DNA of 64,000 nt from Vicinamibacterales bacterium (GTDB lineage Bacteria > Acidobacteriota > Vicinamibacteria > Vicinamibacterales > UBA2999), in contig JBFWVR010000009.1 in the NCBI GenBank assembly GCA_050246635.1, positions 11,807-75,806 of the forward strand, read 5' to 3'. Positions 25,680 through 35,496 of this stretch are shown here, one piece after another; positions within the stretch are counted from its first letter, which is position 1; each line of letters starts with the position of its first letter. Made by a program: the position numbers and the translations under genes. The notes beneath the pieces were generated by a model. It did not search any database. It had not been told where the DNA came from and saw only the letters and a program-made list of their open reading frames with translations.

Positions 25680-27116
25680 TCATGCGTGGCGGGCGAACAG
25701 GCCGCGCACGACCGTCAACCACATGATCTTCAGGTCGAGTGACACCGACCAGTTCTCGATGTAATAGAGATCGTACTCGATCCGCTTCTCGAGCGACGTG
25801 TTGCCGCGCCAGCCGTTCACCTGGGCCCAGCCGGTGATGCCGGCCTTCACCTTGTGGCGCAGCATGTACTGCGGGATGCGGTGCTTGAACTGCTCGACGA
25901 AGAACGGGCGCTCGGGGCGCGGGCCCACGATCGACATGTCGCCCTTCAGCACGTTCCAGAACTGCGGCAGCTCGTCGACGTCGTGGCGGCGCAGCCAGCG
26001 TCCGACCGGTGTCGCGCGCGGGTCGTCCCAGTCGCCCCACACCGGTCCCGTCGCCGCCTCGGCGTCGACCGGCATCGTCCGGAACTTGTAGACGGTGAAC
26101 TGCTTGCCGTCGAGCCCCATGCGTTCCTGGGTGTAGAAGATCGGGCCGGGCGACTCGCGCCGGATGCGCCACGCGATCACCAGGCCCGGCACGGCCATCA
26201 CCGCCAGCGCCACCGCCGAGATCGCGATGTCGATGGCGCGCTTCACCAACGCGTTGAACCCCTGCAGCGGGACGTCGTTCAGGTTGATGACCGGCACGCC
26301 GTCGAGATCCTCGAGGCGCGCCCGGAGCGCGATGAACTGCAGGAGGTCCGGCACCACCTTGATGTCCACGCCCTCGCGGCTCGTCGACTCGACGAGGTCG
26401 AGCAGCTTCATGTGCTCCTCGAGCGGCAGCGCGACGTAGAGGTGGTCCGCCCGCTCGCGCGTGGCGACCTCCGCGGTCTCGGAGAGGCGCCCGAGCAGCG
26501 GCAGGCCGCGGTAGCCGATGTGGTCGCCCCCCGCGCGGTCGTCCACGAAGCCGACGATCTGGTACCCGAGCTCCCGGTGCTCGAGGATCTTGTCCGCGAC
26601 CATGCGCCCGAGCTCGCCCGCGCCCGCGATCAGCACGCGCCGCAGCCCGACGCCGGCGCTCCACCGGCGCTCCAGCGCCTCGCGCACGAACTTCCGCGAG
26701 GCGTAGGCGAGGACGATGTTCAGGACGAGGAAGAGGCCCCAGACCGCCTGCGACACCTCGTAGGCGCCGCGGTCCTTGAGCTCGTCCGGCACGTAGTACG
26801 CCTGGAAGTACAGCGTGCCGACGATGCCGAGCACGACGGCGATGATGCTGCCGACGAAGACGTTGAAGAAGTCGTCGATGCGCGACCGCCCGCGCCGGAG
26901 GCGGTAGACCCCCTGCAGGTGGAACGCCAGCGGCACGATCAGCGCGATGAAGGGCAGGACGTCGACGTACTGCGTGAGCGGCGGCAGGCCCTTCGGGGCG
27001 GGAATCAGCCCCGTGTTGAAGCGGATCAGGTAGGCGAGCACGAACGCCGCCATGCCGAGCACCGCGTCGGTCAGGACGTGAAAGGCGACGAGCAGCCGGT
27101 TGTGGCGTCTTACCAT
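25680..27116 (-). CDS. undecaprenyl-phosphate hexose-1-phosphate transferase (polyprenyl glycosylphosphotransferase, WcaJ/WbaP-like priming enzyme)
   Basis: 478 aa with N-terminal TM helices, a central VLIAGAGELG domain and the C-terminal bacterial sugar transferase signature (ESPGPIFYTQERMGLDGKQFTVYKFRTM...DELPQFWNVLKGDMSIVGPRPERP). ATG 27116 overlaps the upstream stop (ATGGTAA). Confidence 0.85.
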   Translation of the reverse strand: MVRRHNRLLVAFHVLTDAVLGMAAFVLAYLIRFNTGLIPAPKGLPPLTQYVDVLPFIALIVPLAFHLQGVYRLRRGRSRIDDFFNVFVGSIIAVVLGIVGTLYFQAYYVPDELKDRGAYEVSQAVWGLFLVLNIVLAYASRKFVREALERRWSAGVGLRRVLIAGAGELGRMVADKILEHRELGYQIVGFVDDRAGGDHIGYRGLPLLGRLSETAEVATRERADHLYVALPLEEHMKLLDLVESTSREGVDIKVVPDLLQFIALRARLEDLDGVPVINLNDVPLQGFNALVKRAIDIAISAVALAVMAVPGLVIAWRIRRESPGPIFYTQERMGLDGKQFTVYKFRTMPVDAEAATGPVWGDWDDPRATPVGRWLRRHDVDELPQFWNVLKGDMSIVGPRPERPFFVEQFKHRIPQYMLRHKVKAGITGWAQVNGWRGNTSLEKRIEYDLYYIENWSVSLDLKIMWLTVVRGLFARHA

Positions 27117-28240
27117 CGGTGCCCGGCCGGTGCGTCCAGCGTCTCCTCGATCACGGCCAGCATCTCGCGGCGGAACCGCTCGCGGCTGAAGCGCTCGGCA
27201 TGCGCGCGGATGCGCGCGGCGTCCCACGACGTGGCCGCCGCCCTCCGCAGGCCGTCGGCGAACGCTTCCTCGGTGCCCGCGTCCACGAGCACCCCCGTCA
27301 CGCCGTCGACCACGGTGTCGAGCGCGCCGCCCCGGCCCAGCGCCACCACCGGACGGCCGCACGCCTGCGCCTCGACGGGCACGATCCCGAAGTCTTCCTC
27401 GCCCGGCAGCAGCGTCGCGATGGTGCTGCGGTAGAGGTCCCGGATGTCATGGTTGTCGATCCAGCCGAGGAACCGCACGCCGTCGCCGGCCAGGGCCTCC
27501 AGGCGCGCGCGCTCCGGGCCGTCGCCGACCACGGTCAGCGGCACGCCCGCGCGGCGGGCCGCCGCAATCGCCAGATCCACGCGCTTGTAGGGCACGAGCG
27601 CCGACACGACGAGGAACGACGGGCCGGGCCCGGCGGCGCCCGCCTGGTCCGGACTCCCGGGAGGCTCGTAGAAAGTCGTCTCGACAGGCGGATACACGAT
27701 GGTCGATCGACGATTATAGTAGAGCGCGATCCTCCGCGCAACATATTGCGAAATCGAGAGATAGCGGTGTACCCGGCCTGCCGTCGCGCGGTCCCATCGC
27801 GCCATCGCGGCCATCACCGGCCGCAGCAGCCGGCTCGGCACCCGGCCGATGCGATCGGGACCGAAGTAGGCGTCGTACTGGTCCCAGGCGTACCGCATCG
27901 GCGTCAGGCAGTAACAGACGTGCCGGGCCCGGCCCGGGACCACCACCGACTTCGCCGCGCAGTGGCTCGTGCTGATCACCAGGTCGTAGCCATCGAGATC
28001 GAACTGCTCGATGGCCGCGGGGAACAGGGGGAGGTACTCCCGGTACAGCCGGCCCGAGAACGGCAGCCACTGCACGGGCGAGGTGAAGACGCGCCGCTCC
28101 TCGATGAAGGCCGAGGTCGACTCCGGAACGTGGAGGAGCGTGAAGAGGTCCGCGTCGGGGTAGAGGGAGCAGATGGCCTCGAGCGCCTTCTCGCCCCCGC
28201 GCATCCCGGTCAGCCAGTCGTGGATGAGCGCGACCTTCAC
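27110..28240 (-). CDS. glycosyltransferase family 4
   Basis: VKVALIHDWLTGMRGGEK N-terminus and GT-B C-domain with GEEDFGIVPVEAQACGRPVV (E-x7-E). The GTG 28240 start overlaps the upstream stop (GTGA). Confidence 0.8.
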   Translation of the reverse strand: MKVALIHDWLTGMRGGEKALEAICSLYPDADLFTLLHVPESTSAFIEERRVFTSPVQWLPFSGRLYREYLPLFPAAIEQFDLDGYDLVISTSHCAAKSVVVPGRARHVCYCLTPMRYAWDQYDAYFGPDRIGRVPSRLLRPVMAAMARWDRATAGRVHRYLSISQYVARRIALYYNRRSTIVYPPVETTFYEPPGSPDQAGAAGPGPSFLVVSALVPYKRVDLAIAAARRAGVPLTVVGDGPERARLEALAGDGVRFLGWIDNHDIRDLYRSTIATLLPGEEDFGIVPVEAQACGRPVVALGRGGALDTVVDGVTGVLVDAGTEEAFADGLRRAAATSWDAARIRAHAERFSRERFRREMLAVIEETLDAPAGHRW

Positions 28241-29346
28241 CGGGCGAGCACCTCGCCGTAGGTCGCGTGCACCTGGCGCGCTGCGGTCTCCCACGAGAAC
28301 TGTCGTGCCCGGGCCAGGCCCCGGCTGACCAGATCCGCCCGCAGCGCCTCGTCCGTGGCCGCCCGGACGATGGCGTCCGCGATGGGCTCGGCGTCGGTGG
28401 GATCGACGAGCAACGCGGCGTCGCCCGCGATTTCCGGCAGTGAGGACACGTTCGAGGTGACGACCGGGGTCCCCGACGCCATCGCCTCCAGCGGCGGCAG
28501 CCCGAACCCCTCGTAGAGCGACGGGAACACGAACACGCGGGCGAGGCGGTAGAACGCCGCCAGCGTCTCGAACGGCTGGAAGCCCAGGAAGCGCACGTGC
28601 TTGCCCAGGCGATGGCGGTGAACCGCCTGCCGGAGCGCCGGGTACTTCGACAGCTCGTCGCCGATGATCACCAGACGCAGGTCATCCGGTCCGGTCGCGC
28701 GCGCGCGGCTGAACGCCTCGATCAGGCGGTCGACGTTCTTGTGCGGCTTGATGTTGCCCACGTAGAGCACGAACGGGTGGTCGAGCTGGTAGCGCTGGCG
28801 GATCCGGTCCATCCGCTCCTCGTCCGGCGGCTCGAGGAACCGCGGGTCGATGGCGTTGTGGATCACCGAGATCTTCTCCGGCGCGACGTCGAAGAACCGC
28901 AGGATGTCGCGCTTCGACGCCTCGGAGACGGTGAGCACACGATCGGCCTGCCGGGTGGCCGCCCACATCGACGCCCGCGCATACAGGTGCGCGGAGCGGA
29001 AGGGCAGGTACTGCGGGAACATCAGGTGGATGCAGTCGTGGATCGTCACCACCGATCGGCAGCGTGTGGCCGGCGGCAGGACGTAGTGCGGCTCGTGCAC
29101 GAGCTGGACCCGCTCGCGGGCGAGGCTCAGGGGCACGCGAATCTGCTCCGCGATCGAGTAGGGGCGCGCGCGCTCCGGCACCGCGCGGAAGTTCGGGCCC
29201 ACGGCCGCCGCCGCGGCGTCCTCCGGCTTGCACAGCACGACGTACTCGGTCGTCTGGTCGAGGCGGGCCAGCCCGGTCAGGATGTTGCGGATGTACGTGC
29301 CGATGCCGAAGTCGCGCAGCTTGCGGGCATCGATGGCGATTCTCAT
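28237..29346 (-). CDS. glycosyltransferase family 4
   Basis: MRIAIDARKL...GIGTY N-terminus and the block FVFPSLYEGFGLPPLEAMASGTPVVTSN. I start at ATG 29346; the track adds 17 upstream codons. Confidence 0.8.
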   Translation of the reverse strand: MRIAIDARKLRDFGIGTYIRNILTGLARLDQTTEYVVLCKPEDAAAAAVGPNFRAVPERARPYSIAEQIRVPLSLARERVQLVHEPHYVLPPATRCRSVVTIHDCIHLMFPQYLPFRSAHLYARASMWAATRQADRVLTVSEASKRDILRFFDVAPEKISVIHNAIDPRFLEPPDEERMDRIRQRYQLDHPFVLYVGNIKPHKNVDRLIEAFSRARATGPDDLRLVIIGDELSKYPALRQAVHRHRLGKHVRFLGFQPFETLAAFYRLARVFVFPSLYEGFGLPPLEAMASGTPVVTSNVSSLPEIAGDAALLVDPTDAEPIADAIVRAATDEALRADLVSRGLARARQFSWETAARQVHATYGEVLAR

Positions 29347-29535
29347 GCGCTGGATCGCAGAAATTGCGGCCATGTCACCGAAAACACGGCCGTCCACAGA
29401 TTACACGGAATGGGCGGCACCGTGGCCTGGCGGTGGCGCGTCGGCACACCGTGATACGTCGACGGGGCCAGCGATGACCGCCGCTGGCTCTCGGCGGGAA
29501 CGGCGAAGCCGCATGATCGCCACACCCTCAAGAGT

Positions 29536-29889
29536 CATCCGCGGATGCACGCGGATGCACGCAGATAGCAGCCCGGCGGCCAGACCCGCACGAGCCCGGC
29601 GGACGGCCCCGCAGGGGCCGCGGAGCGAGGTCGTGATCACGCGCGAACAAGCGCATCTGCTGGAGGAATGCGCGCTCGTTTGCGCGTGGTCACGACCTCG
29701 CTCCCAGCGCGCCTCCGGCGCGCCGCCGGGCGACGGCGTGACGCCATCGGTGTTCATCGGTGTTCATCTGCGGATGAATCTCCCGTGGTCGCCCGTTGAC
29801 ACGCGTGCGTCGTCGTGACGTGGCAACCGCGCCTGGACGCCACGACCCGAGCCCGCCCATCCGCGTTCATCCGCGTGCATCCGCGGATG
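29536..29889. repeat. MITE-like structured non-coding element: 25-nt terminal inverted repeats of 10-mer tandem units enclosing a 33-bp-arm hairpin
   Basis: catccgcggatgcacgcggatgcac (29536-29560) matches the reverse complement of gttcatccgcgtgcatccgcggatg (29865-29889) at 24 of 25 positions. Internal array (CATCGGTGTT)x2 at 29745-29764. Internal hairpin arms at 29622-29654 / 29672-29704 match at 30 of 33 positions. No credible ORF. Confidence 0.7.
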
Positions 29890-29906
29890 ACCGCCGTGGC
29901 CCCGCG

Positions 29907-30734
29907 TCAATCGCGGTAGGGCTTCCCGGTGAGTCGCAGGTAGAGCTTCAGCACGCCAACCCATCGTGGGTGGTGCTTCTCGTAGTACGCGACCTGGCTC
30001 TGCCGGCGCAGCCGGGCCAGGGCGGGATTGCGGGGGCCGGCGGTGCCCCGGCGATGGACGATTTCCGCCTGCGGCACGAACAGCACGGCCCGCCCGCGCG
30101 CGCGGAGCGCGACACACAGGTCGACGTCCTCCGTGTACATGAAGTAACGCTCGTCCAGCAGGCCCACGGCCTCCAGGTCCTCGCGGCGCAGCGCCAGGCA
30201 GGCGCCGCTCACCCAGTCGCGTTCGCCCGCCAGGCGTGACCAGCGGTCGACCATCCGCACCACGGGCCGCAGGCGCCTCGCGTAGAGGCCGCCAATCAGT
30301 TTCTGCCGCAGCTCCCCGAAGGGGCCGATGGCCCAGCCGAACGACAGCTCCGGATACCCGTGCGGGTCGACCAGGCGCGGGCCGGCCGCGGCGGCCTCGG
30401 GATGCGTGGCCAGGCCGCGAATGAGCGCCGGGACCGCCCCCGGGGGCACGATCGTGTCGGGGTTGAGCAGCAGCACGAACTCCCCGTTGGTCGCCCGGAT
30501 GCCGAGGTTGTTCGCGCGCGCGAACCCCACGTTGCCGCCGGCCTCGATGACCTGCACCTGCGGCCAGCGCTCGCGCAGCATCGCGACCGTGCCGTCGCGC
30601 GACGCGTTGTCGACGACCGTGATGGTCGAGGGGTACGGCGCCGTGTGCCCCACGATCGAGGCGAGACAGTGGTCCAGCTCGTCCCGGCCGTTGAACGACA
30701 CGATGACGATATCGACCTGGGCGGCCTCAGGCAC
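29907..30734 (-). CDS. glycosyltransferase family 2
   Basis: VDIVIVSFNGRDELDHCL...VVDNASRDGT...NVGFARANNLG, plus a DxD-like EDVDLC; 275 aa. Confidence 0.85.
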   Translation of the reverse strand: MPEAAQVDIVIVSFNGRDELDHCLASIVGHTAPYPSTITVVDNASRDGTVAMLRERWPQVQVIEAGGNVGFARANNLGIRATNGEFVLLLNPDTIVPPGAVPALIRGLATHPEAAAAGPRLVDPHGYPELSFGWAIGPFGELRQKLIGGLYARRLRPVVRMVDRWSRLAGERDWVSGACLALRREDLEAVGLLDERYFMYTEDVDLCVALRARGRAVLFVPQAEIVHRRGTAGPRNPALARLRRQSQVAYYEKHHPRWVGVLKLYLRLTGKPYRD

Positions 30735-31815
30735 GCGCCGCCTCCTCGATGGCCTGCAGCGTGCGGGCCGCCGTGTCGGCCCAGCGATAACGCCCGAGCA
30801 CCCCGGCGGCCGCCGCGAGTGGACGCGCCCGCGCGGCCTCGTCCGTCAGGAGCGCGATCAGGGCCTGCGCGAGTCCCTCCTCGCTGCCGTCGGGATACGG
30901 GACGTACCACGCCGCGTCGCCGTAAATCTCGCGCGCGATGCCCGTGTCGAACACGACCGGCGGCACGCCCGCAGCGAGCGCCTCGAGGGGCGTCAGTCCG
31001 AAGCCTTCGTAGGCCGACGGAAACGCGAACACGGAGGCGCGCGCGTAGAGGTCCTTCAGCGTCGTGTCGTCCACGTAGTCCCTGAACCGGACCCGTTCCC
31101 GGACACCGGGCGGCGCATCCGTGAGGCCGCGGTCCACGCGGAGGTGCGGCGGCAGGCGGTTCGCGCCGACGATGTCGAGCCGCGCGTCGGGTACGGCCGG
31201 CAGCACGCGCGAGACGAAGACGTCCACCAGCAGGTCGACGTGCCGTCGCGGCAGGATGGAGCCGACGAACAGGACCATGGGCTCACGACCGCGGGCCGGC
31301 GGCGGGGCGGGCACATGCATGCCGAGCGGAATCGCGCGGACGCGCGCGGCGGGCGTGCCGAGCCGGCGCACGATCTCGCCGCGCGAGAACGCCGAGTCCG
31401 TCAGCACCACGCGCGCGCGGCGGGCCGAGAGCCGGGTGAGCAGCCGCCGGCGCATTCCCTCGCGCAGGCGGAACTCGTCGGGCAGCGCGAAGAACGACAC
31501 GTCGTGGATGGTGAGCGCCACGGGGCAGGGGGCGACGAGCGGCGCGGTGTACGCCGGCGCGAAGAGCACGTCCGGGCGCCGGGCCCGCAGCCGTCGGCCG
31601 AGGTCCCACTGTTCCCAGCGCGTGCCACCGGCACCGGGCAGCAGCTCGACCACGCCGGCGAAGGCCGGCGGCACGACCGGCGGCTCGTGCGCGTAGAGCA
31701 CCCATTCGTGCCGGGCCGCCGGCCCGTCGCTCCATTCGCGGAGGAGCTCCGCCAGGTAGCGGCCCACGCCCGTCGGCTTGCCGCAGAGCTCGCGGGCGTC
31801 CACGGCAATCCTCAT
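30727..31815 (-). CDS. glycosyltransferase family 4
   Basis: MRIAVDARELCGKPTGVGRYL N-terminus and FAFPSAYEGFGLTPLEALAAGVPPVV. ATG 31815 overlaps the upstream stop (ATGA). The 663-aa track ORF is an artefactual extension. Confidence 0.8.
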   Translation of the reverse strand: MRIAVDARELCGKPTGVGRYLAELLREWSDGPAARHEWVLYAHEPPVVPPAFAGVVELLPGAGGTRWEQWDLGRRLRARRPDVLFAPAYTAPLVAPCPVALTIHDVSFFALPDEFRLREGMRRRLLTRLSARRARVVLTDSAFSRGEIVRRLGTPAARVRAIPLGMHVPAPPPARGREPMVLFVGSILPRRHVDLLVDVFVSRVLPAVPDARLDIVGANRLPPHLRVDRGLTDAPPGVRERVRFRDYVDDTTLKDLYARASVFAFPSAYEGFGLTPLEALAAGVPPVVFDTGIAREIYGDAAWYVPYPDGSEEGLAQALIALLTDEAARARPLAAAAGVLGRYRWADTAARTLQAIEEAARA

Positions 31816-32960
31816 CGCGCCTCCCGAGCGGCCATGGCCAGCCGGTACGCCTCGAACACGGCTGGGGCCGTGCGGCTCCACGCGTACCGGGCCGCCTCCG
31901 CGTGGCCCTGCCGGGTGGCGGCCGCCGCCGCCTGGTCGTCCAGCAGGACACGCATGGCCTCGGCGAGCGCCGGGTGATCGTCCGGCGGGACGGGACGCGC
32001 GGCGGTCCCCGCCACCTCCGGGAGCGCCCCCCGGTTGCTCACGACGACCGGCACGCCGCAGGCCATGGCCTCGAGCACCGGGAGGCCGAAGCCCTCCTCG
32101 TGGGACGGCAGGACGAGCAGTCTGGCGTCGCGGTACAAGGACGGACGTTCGTCCGGGGCGACGTAGCCCGTGAAGGTCACGCGGCCGGCGAGCGGGGGGC
32201 GCGTGGCGTCGGCCACCCATCCGGCCGCGGCGTCGGTCACGCGCCCGGCGATGACGAGCGGCGGCGCGTCGGGCCGCTCCTCGACGAGCAGGCGGTAGGC
32301 GGCGAGCAGGCCCCCGACATTCTTCCGCGCCTCCACCGTGCCGACGAACAGGATGGCCGTGCCCGGTGTGCCACGCGCCGCTCGAGTGTCCGCGACGGCG
32401 GCGGTCCAGGCGGGTGGTCCCGCCGAGCACACGCTGACACGTTCGGGCGGGACGCCCAGCCGCTCCGTGACCTGCGAGGCGGTGTAGCCGGATACCGCGA
32501 TGATCCGGTCGGCCCGTCGGGCGTGGTCCCGCACGAGCCGGGGGTAGTCGCGCCGCATCTCGGCGCCGGCACGCTCGGGGTGATCGAGGAAGTCGAGGTC
32601 GTGCACGGTGACAACCTGTGCGGCCCCCCGGGCCGGCAGCAGGAGCGGCGTGGGCGAGTGCACGACGTCGATCGGTCCGGCCAGCCACTCGGCTGGCGGC
32701 CACTCCAGGTGGTGCCACGCCCAGGTGAGCGCCGTCACCGGCACGCGGCGGTCGACGAACCGCGCCCCCTGGAGCGCCGCGCTGGCGTCCGGGGCGGGAC
32801 GGTCGCGCCAGGAACTGGTGAAGAGGAGCAGCGCGTCGTCGGGCGATCGGGCGCCGGCGAGGGCCCTCGCCAGCTCATGCACATACTCGCCGACCCCTGT
32901 CCGCTCGCGGAGCGCGGGGCGGTAGTCCAGCAGGATCCGCACCGGGCCCAAGGCTACCAC
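31812..32960 (-). CDS. glycosyltransferase family 4
   Basis: RILLDYRPALRERTGVGEYV N-terminus and LVLPSHEEGFGLPVLEAMACGVPVVVSN. It is the first gene of the reverse-strand glycosyltransferase block. The exact start is uncertain (GTG 32960 or a downstream GTG). Confidence 0.8.
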   Translation of the reverse strand: MVALGPVRILLDYRPALRERTGVGEYVHELARALAGARSPDDALLLFTSSWRDRPAPDASAALQGARFVDRRVPVTALTWAWHHLEWPPAEWLAGPIDVVHSPTPLLLPARGAAQVVTVHDLDFLDHPERAGAEMRRDYPRLVRDHARRADRIIAVSGYTASQVTERLGVPPERVSVCSAGPPAWTAAVADTRAARGTPGTAILFVGTVEARKNVGGLLAAYRLLVEERPDAPPLVIAGRVTDAAAGWVADATRPPLAGRVTFTGYVAPDERPSLYRDARLLVLPSHEEGFGLPVLEAMACGVPVVVSNRGALPEVAGTAARPVPPDDHPALAEAMRVLLDDQAAAAATRQGHAEAARYAWSRTAPAVFEAYRLAMAAREAR

Positions 32961-32989
32961 AAAACAACAAGTCCTTGTGGTTCAGTATG

Positions 32990-33019
32990 TTGACAGCACA
33001 ATCAGGGGGGTGGTAGCCT
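32990..33019 (+). promoter_or_regulatory. candidate sigma-70-type promoter for ugd-galE-ABC
   Basis: TTGACA (32990-32995), an 18-nt spacer and TAGCCT (33014-33019), in the low-GC divergent spacer about 100 nt upstream of ugd. Consensus match only; no experimental support. Confidence 0.3.
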
Positions 33020-33120
33020 CGATGGGTTCCGCTGGCCGGCTGCGGCGACACCGGGGTGTCGTGCCGATCTGGCAGTGGCGCCGGCTCGGCAGCGGGCTGC
33101 CGGATGAGGGGCGCGGGGCG

Positions 33121-34416
33121 ATGAAGATTGCGGTTGTGGGCACGGGGTATGTCGGGCTGGTCGCGGGCGCCTGCCTGGCGGAGTCGGGGAACGACGTCAT
33201 CTGCGTCGACAACGACGAGTCGAAAGTGCGGATGCTCCGGCGCGGCAAGGTGCCGATCTACGAGCCCGGGCTCGAGGAGCTCGTCCGCCGGAACAAGGCG
33301 GAGGGCCGCCTGGTCTTCACGACACAGCTGGCCAAGGCGGTGAAGCAGACGCAGATCATCTTCATCGCGGTGGGCACCCCGCAGGGCGAGGACGGGTCCG
33401 CGGATCTCCAGCACGTGCTTGCGGTGGCGCGCGACGTGGCGCGCAGCATGGACGGCTACCGGGTCATCGTCAACAAGAGCACGGTCCCGGTCGGGACCGC
33501 CGGCAAGGTCCGCGAGATCGTGCGGCGCGAGACCACCCATCCGTTCAGCGTGGTCAGCAACCCCGAGTTCCTGAAGCAGGGCGCGGCGGTGGACGACTTC
33601 ATGAAGCCGGACCGGGTCGTCATCGGCGCGGAGGATCCGCGCGCGGCGGAGCTGATGGTCAAGCTCCACAAGCCGTTCACGCGCACCGGCGCGCCGATCA
33701 TGGTGATGGACTGCGCCAGCGCCGAGCTCTCGAAGTACGCCGCGAACGCGCTGCTCGCCACGAAGATCTCGTTCATGAACGAGATTGCCAACGTCTGCGA
33801 GATCTTCGGCGCCGATGTCGACCTGGTGCGGCAGGCCGTCGGGTCGGACCGCCGGATCGGGCCGTCGTTCCTGTTCCCCGGGGTCGGCTACGGCGGCAGC
33901 TGCTTTCCGAAGGACGTCAAGGCGCTCGTCCGTTTCTCGGCCGACAAGAAGTACGACTTCAAGATCCTCAAGGCGGTCGAGGCGGTCAACGAACTGCAGA
34001 AGCGCGTGCTGCTGAAGAAGCTCGAGGCGCACTTCGGCTCGCTGAAGGGCAAGACCATCGCCGTGTGGGGGCTGGCCTTCAAGCCGCGGACCGACGACAT
34101 GCGCGAGGCGCCGGCCATTCCCATCATCCAGGGACTGCTCGACAAGGGCGCGAAGGTGCAGGCCTACGACCCCGAGGCCACGAAGGTGGCGAAGGGGATC
34201 CTCGGACCGAAGGTGTCCTACGCGTCGCGGAACTACGACGCGCTGAAGGGCGCGGACGCGCTCGCGGTCGTGACGGAATGGCATGAGTTCCGCGAGCCGG
34301 ACTTCGCGCGGATGCGCAAGCTGATGCGCAGCCCGGTGGTCTTCGACGGCCGCAACATCTACCAGCCCGAGCAGATGAAGGCGAACGGCTTCACGTACTT
34401 CTCGATCGGGCGCTAG
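33121..34416 (+). CDS. ugd: UDP-glucose 6-dehydrogenase
   Basis: MKIAVVGTGYVGLV NAD motif, catalytic GGSCFPKD and C-terminal UDP-binding domain; 431 aa from ATG 33121. The track start (32977) is upstream and artefactual. Confidence 0.9.
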   Translation: MKIAVVGTGYVGLVAGACLAESGNDVICVDNDESKVRMLRRGKVPIYEPGLEELVRRNKAEGRLVFTTQLAKAVKQTQIIFIAVGTPQGEDGSADLQHVLAVARDVARSMDGYRVIVNKSTVPVGTAGKVREIVRRETTHPFSVVSNPEFLKQGAAVDDFMKPDRVVIGAEDPRAAELMVKLHKPFTRTGAPIMVMDCASAELSKYAANALLATKISFMNEIANVCEIFGADVDLVRQAVGSDRRIGPSFLFPGVGYGGSCFPKDVKALVRFSADKKYDFKILKAVEAVNELQKRVLLKKLEAHFGSLKGKTIAVWGLAFKPRTDDMREAPAIPIIQGLLDKGAKVQAYDPEATKVAKGILGPKVSYASRNYDALKGADALAVVTEWHEFREPDFARMRKLMRSPVVFDGRNIYQPEQMKANGFTYFSIGR

Positions 34417-34417
34417 G

Positions 34418-35434
34418 GTGGCACGGGTCCTCGTCACCGGCGGCGCCGGCTACATCGGCAGCCACGCCGTCCGGGCGCTCGTGGCCGCCGGCCACACGGT
34501 GGCGGTGCTCGACGACCTGTCGGCCGGCCACGCCGCCGCCGTGCCGGCGGGCGTGCCCCTGGTCGAGGCCTCGATCCACGATCGGGCCGCGGTGACGGGC
34601 GCCCTGCGCACGCTGGGCATCGACGCGGTGATGCACTTCGCGGCCTGGCTCTCCGTCGGCGACTCGGTGCGCAACCCCCTCGGCTACTACGAGAACAACG
34701 TCGTCGGCTCGCTGCGCCTCGTCGAGGCGATGGGGGCGTGCGGGGTGACGCGCCTGGTGTTCTCGTCCACGTGCGCGGTGTACGGCGAACCGGCGGACGT
34801 CCCGATCGCGGAGTCGGCGCCGCTGGCGCCGATCAACCCGTACGGGGAGACGAAGCTGGCGGTCGAACGCCTGCTGGCGCATGCGGAGCGCGCGATGGGC
34901 CTGCGCACGGTGGCCCTGCGGTATTTCAACGCCGCCGGCGCCGACCCGTCGGGCGAGATCGGCGAAGCGCACGACCCGGAGATCCACCTCATCCCGCTGG
35001 CGATTCGTGCGGCCACCGGCGGACCGCCGCTCCAGGTGTTCGGGCAGGACTACCCGACGCCGGACGGCACCTGCCTGCGGGACTACGTCCACGTGTCGGA
35101 CCTGGCCGAGGCGCACGTGCGGGCGCTGGCGGCCCTGGAAGCGGGCAGCCCCTCGGCGGCCTACAACGTCGGCACCGGCCAGCCGCGGTCGGTGCGGGAG
35201 GTGCTCGACACGGTCGGCCACGTGGTCGGGGCGCCGGTGCGCTGGACGGCGGCGGCGCGCCGGCCCGGCGATCCGGCGCGGCTGTTCGCGGCGGCGGATC
35301 GCGTGCGCACCGAGCTCGGCTGGCGCCCGGCGCGGCCCGACCTGGCGACCATCGTGGCGGATGCCTGGCGCTGGCACGAGCGGCACCCCCACGGTTACGC
35401 GAACGGTTCCGTGGCGGGACCATTCGGCCGATAA
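34418..35434 (+). CDS. galE: UDP-glucose 4-epimerase
   Basis: VLVTGGAGYIGSH, SSTCAVYG, catalytic YGETK and DYVHVSDLA blocks; 338 aa. Confidence 0.9.
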   Translation: MARVLVTGGAGYIGSHAVRALVAAGHTVAVLDDLSAGHAAAVPAGVPLVEASIHDRAAVTGALRTLGIDAVMHFAAWLSVGDSVRNPLGYYENNVVGSLRLVEAMGACGVTRLVFSSTCAVYGEPADVPIAESAPLAPINPYGETKLAVERLLAHAERAMGLRTVALRYFNAAGADPSGEIGEAHDPEIHLIPLAIRAATGGPPLQVFGQDYPTPDGTCLRDYVHVSDLAEAHVRALAALEAGSPSAAYNVGTGQPRSVREVLDTVGHVVGAPVRWTAAARRPGDPARLFAAADRVRTELGWRPARPDLATIVADAWRWHERHPHGYANGSVAGPFGR

Positions 35435-35496
35435 TCCTTCCGGGACCGTGTGCCGCCGACCGACCCGGCCGGCGCGCTCCCGGCGGGCTCTGACCC

